Positions 18,101-25,105 of a stretch of DNA of 64,000 nucleotides are shown in pieces. Positions within the stretch are counted from its first letter, which is position 1, and every line of letters begins with the position of its first letter. Origin of the DNA: Acidimicrobiia bacterium (GTDB lineage Bacteria > Actinomycetota > Acidimicrobiia > Acidimicrobiales > Bin134); NCBI GenBank assembly GCA_009843865.1, contig VYCQ01000014.1, positions 23,247 through 87,246 on the forward strand, given 5' to 3'. Position numbers and translations under genes: made by a program. The notes beneath the pieces are model-generated. The model had not been told where the DNA came from. It made no database searches and saw only the letters and a program-made list of their open reading frames with translations.

Positions 18101-18353
18101 CCAAGTTAAAAACGCCGCCAAGAAGCTGCTAGAGCGCGTTACCGATGAACTTGTACTCGACTGGAAACGCAAACAGCAAACCCGTTCCGCCGTCAAGGTC
18201 GCCGTGCGCGATGTGCTCGACAGCGAACTGCCCGACGTGTACGAGCGCGAGCTTTTCAACCGCAAAGTTAACGCCATCTACGAACACATCTACACCAGCT
18301 ACCACAACGATCGCACCAACATCTACGACACATCCCAACCACTAATCCGCTGA
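15186..18353 (+). CDS. hsdR: Type I R-M restriction/helicase subunit R
   Basis: 1055 aa with an N-terminal nuclease region (VLFVNGIPLVLVELK), Walker A HTQGSGKS, and the DEAH box VITDEAHRSQ. GTGA overlap with hsdS. Confidence 0.92.
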   Translation: MNPGRLSEDALVEQPALALLSELGWEVLDGLTEDLGPAGTLGRDSQSEPVLRHRLDDALRSLNPGVPKSALDEAAERLTQDRSAMDRVRANREVYGLLREGVKVEVAVDNSERQMVTVRFVDWDRTSANSWLAVSQFWISGDMYKRRADVVLFVNGIPLVLVELKVSHKNVRDAYDGNLRDYRDTVPHLFWFNAFVMLSNGADTLVGSTFADWRHFAEWKKIDTESEQGIVSLETALRGTCEPYRLLDLVENFTAFMERPGGLVKALAKNHQFLGVHNSLEALREVGQREGRLGVFWHTQGSGKSLSMLWFTQKVLRKEPGNWTFVMVTDRAELDDQLYEDFADCGVITAGQKVHAESSAHLRELLSQDHRYVFTLIHKFIPPERGQQMPVLSERDNIVVITDEAHRSQYDTLAANMRQALPTASFIGFTGTPLIAGEEEETRRVFGDYVSIYNFSDSIADGATVALYYENRIPELQLMNDDFDEELEDLLEAAALDDAQDKAVARQFSRQYQLITRPQRLQEIAVDLVCHFVNRGFRGKAIYVAIDKATAVRMYDLVQTEWARYQTELEAELADAPEMAHPHLKSLIDFMATTDMAVVVSQAQNEVADMAEAGLDIAKHRKRMVENNLDAKFKDPDDPFRLVFVCAMWLTGFDSPSTSTVYLDKPMRNHTLMQTIARANRVFPDKDNGLIVDYVGVFRNLERALAIYGAGDIGLKGGSPIRPKTDLIAKLQAALEEIANFCDNHDVDLTKLEAAAGFEFIALQQAAVEALLVDNQTSRTYVALARRARKTFKALLPDPEAMAAAHQIAIIRTIAAKIESSTEAPDISGVMDSVSELLNRSVATNEYIIGTAGADPLIDLNQLNFDQLIERFQGRKRTAAKAIQRDIEARLNDAVRKNPTRGDLAERFRQLIDEYNAGTHNLEELLRRLKAINDEITEEEQRAVREGMSEEELAVYDLLTKPEPDLTRAETIQVKNAAKKLLERVTDELVLDWKRKQQTRSAVKVAVRDVLDSELPDVYERELFNRKVNAIYEHIYTSYHNDRTNIYDTSQPLIR

Positions 18354-19220
18354 GTGGGTTAACACCAACGCGGAAAAGGCTCCAGCAGCATTTGACCTGC
18401 TCTCAACATGACCAATGCCTTCACATTGTTCAAGGATGTGCGGAAGCATTGCCAGCAGCACAAGCCCTGCTACCACCATTGCTACTGCCTTAGCCAGCTC
18501 AACTAGCCTTGAACAAGCAGATCTACTCAGACGGCGACGATGACGATTGCTGCTCTTGTAGAGCGCAGGTGCCCGCCTTGGCTGCTGATACCGCCGCCGC
18601 TTTGATGCTGCCTTGAGGGAATGACGTGTCTGGCTCTGATAAGCGGGCTTTGGAATCTGATAGGTGTGCGTAGGTGTTGAAGGAGACATAGTTATCTCGC
18701 TGCTTGGCTGTTTAAGGTCGCGGTGGCCTAGGCGTTCGAGCAGTTCATCTTCAATGGGCCAGCTCTTGTCCATAACATGGCGCATCTCAGCTCGAAGCCG
18801 CTCGTGTTCGTCAGGGTCGGCGAGGGTCATCATTTCAACGTTATGCAAAAGACCTTGCTTGGTCAGGTTGGCTGAGCCCACCAAAACCGCTCCTGAGTTT
18901 CCGTTGAGCAGGTCGGAATCGACAATCCATGCCTTAGCGTGCGCCACTCGATAACCGCCACGCTTGCGATACCAATTACGCACCGACACATCTTGCCGCT
19001 GAATAAACCTAATTGCCGCCAAACGGTCAGCCTCCGTGTATTTGGAGAACCCGGTGCGGTAGTCGCCAATCAGCAACTTGACCGGACGTTCAGCGGTTCG
19101 TTCTTCCAACCATGCCAACCCAAACGCTGAAGAAAACCCGACAGTAACCCAAAGCTGCCCCGAGGGATTTTCACGAAGAAATTGTGCAATCCGATCACCC
19201 GGCGTACTCACTACCGACAT
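18342..19220 (-). CDS. HKD/PLD-superfamily nuclease-like protein (paralogue B) with basic linker and C-terminal hydrophobic helix
   Basis: Canonical HAKAWIVD...GSANLT motif. The C-terminus is R/K-rich (KRRRYQQPRR...HRRRLSR), followed by AVAMVVAGLVLLAMLPHIL. Its 3' end overlaps the 3' end of hsdR by 12 bp, convergently. Confidence 0.7.
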   Translation of the reverse strand: MSVVSTPGDRIAQFLRENPSGQLWVTVGFSSAFGLAWLEERTAERPVKLLIGDYRTGFSKYTEADRLAAIRFIQRQDVSVRNWYRKRGGYRVAHAKAWIVDSDLLNGNSGAVLVGSANLTKQGLLHNVEMMTLADPDEHERLRAEMRHVMDKSWPIEDELLERLGHRDLKQPSSEITMSPSTPTHTYQIPKPAYQSQTRHSLKAASKRRRYQQPRRAPALYKSSNRHRRRLSRSACSRLVELAKAVAMVVAGLVLLAMLPHILEQCEGIGHVESRSNAAGAFSALVLTHSAD

Positions 19221-19292
19221 GCTATGTCGAACCTCAAGGAAAAGTTCGCAACTCTTACAAATATGAAAACATAGCCGCTTAGGACACTGTTT

Positions 19293-20303
19293 CTAGCGAT
19301 GAAAAGGAAGGTCTGGCATTTGAACCATGTCGTTTTCCCAAGTAAAGCGGCATCGTTCAGCAACCCACTTAATGTGCTCGTAAGCGTCCGACAGATTGAA
19401 CATCCAGAGAACTTCACCTTCGTCGTTGTCGGCTAACATCATCAACCATCCACCACGGCTCAGATTATTCGCCCACCGCACGAACGCAGTAACGGTGCGT
19501 CCGTCGAATGGGTAAAAGTCTACTGATCTGTCGCTTCGCCAGAAGGCTCCCCACGGAAACGGCAAGAGATCATCAAATTTGCTGACCAACTCATCCCAGT
19601 CCCATTCCCACCACGCTGTTATTCCTTCAGGCAGCCACAGTATCCGCTTCTCAAGCATGGAGCTGTTATCCCACCGCTCCCAACCGTTGGAATCTGTAAC
19701 GCCCACCTCTGGCCCGCCAGGCCCAGTGGTCTCACAGGACACCCACAGATAGTCGGTGGTCTTGCCGCTGTTGCCTCCACCCCATATTGTGGCAGTCTCG
19801 GCAAATACTCTGCCCGACGGAGATGTGCCGCTACGCCACTCCCTAACCTCGGGCCAAGTCCATGTTCCCTCGGGCTCAGGCTCACTCGTAGGCGCAAGAA
19901 TGGGTGCCACCCCAGCGCAGCCACCAACGACGACTGCAAGGTCTACTTGAAACAGGCAGCGATAGGCGTTCAGCAACTCCTCTTGGAAGAGGATCAGATT
20001 GTCCCGCTCTGTGAGCATCTCCCACATCGGGGTGCCGCTGAAAGACCTCGTCGTGAGCGGGCCGAGAGCGGGCTCGCCATCAAGACACCCACCTAAAACA
20101 ATATGAACGTCAATGTCAAAATTGCATCGGTAAGCGTTCAGTAAATTTTCTTGGGCAACAATTAGGGCATTCCTGATGTCGATGTCGTCCCTGCTCGGCA
20201 GCTCTGTCGCTGAGGCGGAAAAAGAACTCCCCAACAACGCCAGAGATACAAACAAAGCCAGGAAACAGCGCTTAATGTTCAATATCCCATACTCTAATGC
20301 CAA
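19293..20303 (-). CDS. secreted hypothetical protein with duplicated Cys-containing module and Trp-rich C-terminal domain
   Basis: Has a signal-peptide-like N-terminus and two copies of ..LI..QE.LLNAYRC.F..D...V.GGC. The C-terminal half is W-rich. Confidence 0.6.
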   Translation of the reverse strand: MALEYGILNIKRCFLALFVSLALLGSSFSASATELPSRDDIDIRNALIVAQENLLNAYRCNFDIDVHIVLGGCLDGEPALGPLTTRSFSGTPMWEMLTERDNLILFQEELLNAYRCLFQVDLAVVVGGCAGVAPILAPTSEPEPEGTWTWPEVREWRSGTSPSGRVFAETATIWGGGNSGKTTDYLWVSCETTGPGGPEVGVTDSNGWERWDNSSMLEKRILWLPEGITAWWEWDWDELVSKFDDLLPFPWGAFWRSDRSVDFYPFDGRTVTAFVRWANNLSRGGWLMMLADNDEGEVLWMFNLSDAYEHIKWVAERCRFTWENDMVQMPDLPFHR

Positions 20304-20424
20304 ATCTCAGCTAGCAATCCTACTTCACATTATAACCCCCCAACAATCTAGCTCTCCATGTGTGCTCCCCAAGAGGGAAGACGGCCCAGATATAGCGACA
20401 ACCGGGGTCTCCTCATCTCCTGTT

Positions 20425-20688
20425 CTAACGGCGGCGATAAACCTCTCGTCGATGAGCGACTCGAATTACAAGAACCACCAATTCACTTTTAAGCACCTCA
20501 TACACCACCCTGTAGTCACCGACCCGTAAACGACGAAGGCCCCGCAGATCTCCTTTCAACGGATGACCAGAGTACGCTTGCACGGCCAGGCGATCGATGG
20601 CATACTCAATACGCTCCAAATCCTGACGAGGTATCCCCGCCAAGTCTCGGATAGCGCTTCGCTTAATTCGAACTGAGTATGCGGCCAT
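20425..20688 (-). CDS. RelE/ParE-family toxin
   Basis: MAAYSVRIKRSAIRDLAGIP...PLKGDLRGLRRLRVGDYRVVYEV...LVVLVIRVAHRREVYR. The alternative TTG start at 20739 would give a TTGA overlap with the antitoxin stop. Confidence 0.75.
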   Translation of the reverse strand: MAAYSVRIKRSAIRDLAGIPRQDLERIEYAIDRLAVQAYSGHPLKGDLRGLRRLRVGDYRVVYEVLKSELVVLVIRVAHRREVYRRR

Positions 20689-20735
20689 AGACTCTGGCTT
20701 GTTACGCCATCTGCCATTCTTAAATCGCGCTGCGA

Positions 20736-20957
20736 TCAATCCGAGCCGAACAGCTCATGTCTGACCTCATCCCAATCAAGCACCGGGTCGGCGGGGTCTT
20801 GCAGACGCTCAAGGGCCACCTTGAGATCATCATAATCCTCCAAATAGCTTTCTAACGCCTGGCGAATTATGTCGGCCCGGCTACGCTTCAATCTCCCAGC
20901 AGCCACATCCAGTGCCTCAACAAGCTCATCGGAAACCCGGGCGGTAATTTGGCTCAT
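20736..20957 (-). CDS. ribbon-helix-helix antitoxin (CopG/ParD-like)
   Basis: MSQITARVSDELVEALDVAAGRLKRSRADIIRQALESYLE. SD GAGGAG lies upstream of ATG 20957. Confidence 0.75.
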   Translation of the reverse strand: MSQITARVSDELVEALDVAAGRLKRSRADIIRQALESYLEDYDDLKVALERLQDPADPVLDWDEVRHELFGSD

Positions 20958-21081
20958 TACAAACTCCTCACTGAAATGGCAGCTAGTTAAATTATTTAAC
21001 ATCAATATAATGTCAAGTGATCCCAATGGCAACAAACAGCAAACCTGTGGTGAGGCAATTCGGTTTCAGTACAATGGTTGC

Positions 21082-21375
21082 ATGAGTCGTCTCAATGCCA
21101 TTCTGGAAACGCACCGCGATGCCATCGTTAACGCTGCTCATCGTCATAACGCGACTGCCATCGCCCTTGTCGGTTCCACTGCACGCGGCGGCGACACTGA
21201 AACAAGCGACTGCGACTTTCTTGCCGACTTCGCCCCAGAGACTACCTATTTCGATCTTTCCAATCTCGCCACAGAAATAGAGTCACTTCTCGGATGCAAG
21301 GTTGACATCATCCCCACTGAAGGACTGAAGCCCCACAAACACATCCGCATCCTCGAAGATGCCATTCCCCTTTGA
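21082..21375 (+). CDS. nucleotidyltransferase (MNT-type antitoxin of HEPN/MNT module)
   Basis: VGSTARGGDTETSDCDFLADF is the GS..RG...SD.D nucleotidyltransferase motif. Confidence 0.75.
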   Translation: MSRLNAILETHRDAIVNAAHRHNATAIALVGSTARGGDTETSDCDFLADFAPETTYFDLSNLATEIESLLGCKVDIIPTEGLKPHKHIRILEDAIPL

Positions 21376-21717
21376 GTACATCCGATGCCGACCACGTACA
21401 GGCCATCCTTAGTGCCGCCGATGAACTAAACGAAATCGTTGCACATGGCAGGCACGACTTCGAACACAACCGCATATCTCAGCGAGCCAGCCGAACGCCT
21501 GCTAGAGATAATCGGTGAAGCATCTGGCAAGCTATCGGTGGGCTTCAGTGCCCGTTTCCCTGATTTGCCGCTGCGCCAAGCTAGAGACACCCGCAACTTC
21601 ATCGCTCGTCAATACGACGACATCGTCTATCAGATTGTCTGGGACACGATCACCATAGACATCCCCGATCTAGCAGCGCAGATGCGCGCTGCGGTAAACG
21701 AAATGGGCTTCTCATAA
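21372..21717 (+). pseudogene. HEPN (DUF86) toxin gene with a +1 frameshift
   Basis: The TTG start overlaps the MNT stop (TTGA). The N-terminal part, ...DADHVQAILSAADELNEIVAHGRHDFEHNRISQRA, is in one frame. AERLLEIIGEA...RNFIARQYDDI is in the next frame. The junction is at ~21489, where there is an extra A. Confidence 0.65.
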
Positions 21718-21872
21718 GGCCAAGACTCTGGTCAGATCACCAGAGAAAGCATAATCAGGGCTCTAGTGGCGCTCTAACAATTAAACACAATGTTGCTAAC
21801 GTGTATGCAGTACTGCCCCGATACGATAATTACAACGTGACTTCTGTGAAATAAAGCGACGGTTTGTAGGCT

Positions 21873-22115
21873 ATGCATATTCTTGATCGTGCCTTCATTT
21901 CAGTTCCTTGTCCGAAATGCCAATACGAAATCGACGTTCAGTTCAGGTCTATCCATCTAGAGGATTTTGTCTTCTGTGCGTGTTGCAAAGTTCAGATTCA
22001 CCTAATAGATAGTAAGGCATCAAGTCATACATCCCGCCATAAAATACATAGTCAGATGTATATGCTTCAAGAAGATCTTCAGCGAATGCATAGCACTATC
22101 GCCTTAGACTTCTGA
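21873..22115 (+). CDS. small zinc-ribbon-like protein (80 aa)
   Basis: CPKC...(17 aa)...CACC is a four-Cys arrangement. The sequence is very AT-rich. The ORF ends 10 nt before the next gene. Confidence 0.45.
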   Translation: MHILDRAFISVPCPKCQYEIDVQFRSIHLEDFVFCACCKVQIHLIDSKASSHTSRHKIHSQMYMLQEDLQRMHSTIALDF

Positions 22116-22125
22116 AAGGACTGTT

Positions 22126-23079
22126 GTGTTGTATATGTACAATTTAAGGGTTAAATTGCAAGAACGTCGAAACAGATTACACAAGATAAAATATCAACAC
22201 TACATAACTGAACTGCAGCTATTTTTAGAATTCTTGAAAGAGAATCCACATTTGAAAGCTCTTGTGACCAAACTTGAACAAAACGAAGCTATTGACTTCA
22301 ACGATTGGAAAAAAGCGCAAATACGCAACGTGAATTTTCCTACCTCTGAAACAGTAAGGGCGACACTCTGTTATTACATACTTAAGGAATGTGCCGCGGA
22401 TTCCAGCCCCGATCAAGTTCTAAATTGGGCACAAAGATTCAGTAATGAGACACAATTAGATGATATGCTTAACGACTTTAATGAGACTGTGCTTGATGTT
22501 CTCTGGCGTTTCTTCGACGATCAGATTGACGAAGCGGGAGATGTTCTATATCTGCTTGAACGTTTCAAACTGAAAACGGAGTGGTTTCACAAAGAAGAAT
22601 TATGGGGGACATACAAGGGTGATACGACAACAGGAGAAAGAAACCTAGACCGCAAACTCCGAGAAGCTCTTTTCGATGGTGGAATCGACTTCCCATTCTC
22701 AGAACCGACTTCTCCTTCCGGCAAAGCAGACATCGTTGCCCTTAGCAACATGCAAGATCCTCTGGTACTTGAAGTCAAGGTATATGACCCTCAAAAAAGC
22801 AAAGACAAGTCACACCTGCGAAAAGGCTTCCACCAAGTACGTCGATATGCTAACGACTATCAGCAAGCAGTTGGTTATTTGGTGATCTTCAACTGCTCCA
22901 ACAATCAATTGGTATTGCCTTCAGACAATAGTGACGAAGGCGAATTCCCACCTCGAATTGTCCATGACAGTAAGACCTTGTTCCTGATCTCTGTTGACAT
23001 ATCAAGCGACCGTGACTCGGCAAGCCGCGAAAATCCAAAAAATCGTATAGAGGTGACTCGAAGCGAACTCATCGCCTAG
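22126..23079 (+). CDS. hypothetical protein with C-terminal PD-(D/E)xK nuclease-like motif
   Basis: GKADIVAL(x8)LVLEVKVY...FHQVRRY...GYLVIF fits a D...ExK...Q..Y restriction-endonuclease-like core. The ~190-aa helical N-terminal region is unrecognised. A sampled line is ~30% GC. Confidence 0.5.
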   Translation: MLYMYNLRVKLQERRNRLHKIKYQHYITELQLFLEFLKENPHLKALVTKLEQNEAIDFNDWKKAQIRNVNFPTSETVRATLCYYILKECAADSSPDQVLNWAQRFSNETQLDDMLNDFNETVLDVLWRFFDDQIDEAGDVLYLLERFKLKTEWFHKEELWGTYKGDTTTGERNLDRKLREALFDGGIDFPFSEPTSPSGKADIVALSNMQDPLVLEVKVYDPQKSKDKSHLRKGFHQVRRYANDYQQAVGYLVIFNCSNNQLVLPSDNSDEGEFPPRIVHDSKTLFLISVDISSDRDSASRENPKNRIEVTRSELIA

Positions 23080-23615
23080 AGATCATCTCTATCCACCATT
23101 GGCCTATACAATTGCTCTATCAGATAAATAGGTGCACTCACAGTGCTTATAGAACCCACCCCAATTAGCTTGACCTTTTAAAATAAGGAATGCCCCATAA
23201 GATATTAATCAATCACAGTGAGGCTGCGATTGCCCTCGTTCTTGAGATAATCGATAACATACGATTTTCTAGCTACTTCACACCACCTAATCATCCTAGC
23301 TTACAGTAGTTGAAGAAATAATCATTCAACATTTTGGAAACATTATTATCTAAGATCAACAGCCATATAATGCCTTTCAAAAAGTGTCCATGGTGGTGTG
23401 ATCGTTTAGGACATAGGAAACTTGTGAAAGAGAAAATGGCGAGTTCTGAAGCCTTCGAGAGCGCGCAGCGTTCCTATCTAAGTCGCAATGCCCAACGGCT
23501 GAGATCAGACAATGACCCTTTGCTAGAACGCGGCGAACTCCACCGACACTAAAACCCAACCCCACGCCAATCCCCGCGCAGGTTCACAAGCACCCTATAT
23601 TCTAACACTTCACAA

Positions 23616-23702
23616 TGGTGCCCGGGGAGGGATTCGAACCCTCACTCCCTTGCGGGAACCGGATTTTGAGTCCGGCGCGTCTACCAATTCCACCACCCGG
23701 GC
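23616..23702 (-). tRNA. tRNA-Leu (anticodon CAA), CCA encoded
   Basis: 87 nt. Acceptor stem is GCCCGGG/CCCGGGC, the anticodon stem-loop is CCGGA-CUCAAAA-UCCGG, there is a long variable arm, the T-arm is GAGGGTTCGAATCCCTC, and the 3' end is ACCA. Confidence 0.92.
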
Positions 23703-23797
23703 AGATGGCCAACTCTACCTAAATCTGAGCCCCTAAGCGCTTCAATATTCCGACAAGTTCTAGAATCTCCTAGTCTCTTGTACTCTCTTAGCATCGC

Positions 23798-23827
23798 GTT
23801 ATGCCCTAAATTGTTATGCCTTAAGTT
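23798..23827. promoter_or_regulatory. tandem 15-bp direct repeat upstream of the fab operon (candidate operator)
   Basis: gttatgccctaaatt / gttatgccttaagtt, lying 75 bp upstream of the fabD ATG in an AT-rich region. Confidence 0.3.
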
Positions 23828-23901
23828 ATAAAAGCCGCAATACCACCTAAAGCCCCCATTGTTATTGAAACCCTTAATTTATATATGAGGTCTGACATCT
23901 G

Positions 23902-25077
23902 ATGATTTGTTTCACCTATCCCGGCCAGGGATCACAAGAGGCCAAAATGGGCTTAGACTGGGTAGATCATCCTTCCTGGGAACTAGTGGCCGAAGCCTCA
24001 CAGGTCGCTGGACGAGACATCACCCACCTGCTCTTGCACGCCGACGACGACGAGTTGCGCCAAACCCGCAACTCACAACTAGCCACTTTTATGGTGTCAA
24101 TGATTGCCCTTGATGCCGTCGCCCGAGTAGGTATCGAAACCACTTGCCACGCAGGACATAGCCTCGGCGAGTACTCCGCTCTGGTGGCCGCAGGGGTAAT
24201 AGATTTTGCAGACGGTGTACGACTGGTAACCGAACGGGGCGAAGCCATGCAAGTAGCCGCAGAAGAACAAGACGGCACCATGGCTGCAATTGTGGGGCTT
24301 GACGACAACCTCGTAGAACAAGCCTGCACCCAAGCTGCTGGTGAGGTATGGGTGGCCAACTATAACGCCCCAGGCCAAGTGGTGATCGCTGGTTCACCTG
24401 CAATGGTAGGCACAGCTAGCACCATCGCTAAAGATCTGGGTGCCAAACGAGTGATACCCCTGCCAGTAGGAGGTGCCTTCCATACCCCCTACATGGCATC
24501 GGCTCGTGAACGCCTCCAAAAAGTTATAGGGCAAACCGAGTTTCGAGCCCCCGATCACCCTGTGTATGCCAACGTGGACGCAAGCGCTCACACTAACTAC
24601 GAAAACTGGGCCGATCTCTTAAGCATGCAGCTCACCAGCCCAGTGCGCTGGCGACAATCCCTGCACAACATGTGCGATGCTGGCTGCACCACCTTTGTAG
24701 AGCTAGGCCCGGGAGCGGTGCTAACTGGCACGGTCAAACGAACCGCCAAGGGTGCCAAGCCATTAAAAGTAAACTCTCCTGCCGATATAGATGCCGTTTT
24801 GGAAGCTTTAGCCAGTCCTACTGTGGTGGCAGCAGGCCCCCTAGAAGGCGAAGCTTTGTTCGCTACCGAACGACTGGTGGTAAGCCCCGCGGCGGGCATA
24901 TTCCAGCCCACAACAGAGCCTTTAACTGGTGCTGCTGTGTCTGCTGGTCACCTGCTAGGACAGGTAGGCGCATCTGAAGTACGCACTCCTTGGAATGGCA
25001 TCGTGATGGGTTTTTTAGCTGTGGAGGGTGAACGCGTCGCAGCTAGCCAACCAATTGCCTGGCTACGAACCCACTAA
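23902..25077 (+). CDS. fabD: malonyl-CoA:ACP transacylase fused to a C-terminal biotinyl/lipoyl-like barrel domain
   Basis: FTYPGQGSQ and GHSLGEYSA (active-site Ser). The protein is 391 aa, about 80 aa longer than I expect for a typical FabD. The extra ~80 aa resemble BCCP but lack the MK motif. Confidence 0.9.
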   Translation: MICFTYPGQGSQEAKMGLDWVDHPSWELVAEASQVAGRDITHLLLHADDDELRQTRNSQLATFMVSMIALDAVARVGIETTCHAGHSLGEYSALVAAGVIDFADGVRLVTERGEAMQVAAEEQDGTMAAIVGLDDNLVEQACTQAAGEVWVANYNAPGQVVIAGSPAMVGTASTIAKDLGAKRVIPLPVGGAFHTPYMASARERLQKVIGQTEFRAPDHPVYANVDASAHTNYENWADLLSMQLTSPVRWRQSLHNMCDAGCTTFVELGPGAVLTGTVKRTAKGAKPLKVNSPADIDAVLEALASPTVVAAGPLEGEALFATERLVVSPAAGIFQPTTEPLTGAAVSAGHLLGQVGASEVRTPWNGIVMGFLAVEGERVAASQPIAWLRTH

Positions 25078-25105
25078 CAACAAGCCGACAGAAAACCCCA
25101 GCATC

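Noticed and set aside
23334-23552. 72-aa ORF (and its antisense 62-aa ORF) between the AT-rich cassette and tRNA-Leu, considered as an integrase remnant
   Set aside because: No frame shows tyrosine- or serine-recombinase motifs, and the ORF crosses a sharp composition change. It was left unannotated.
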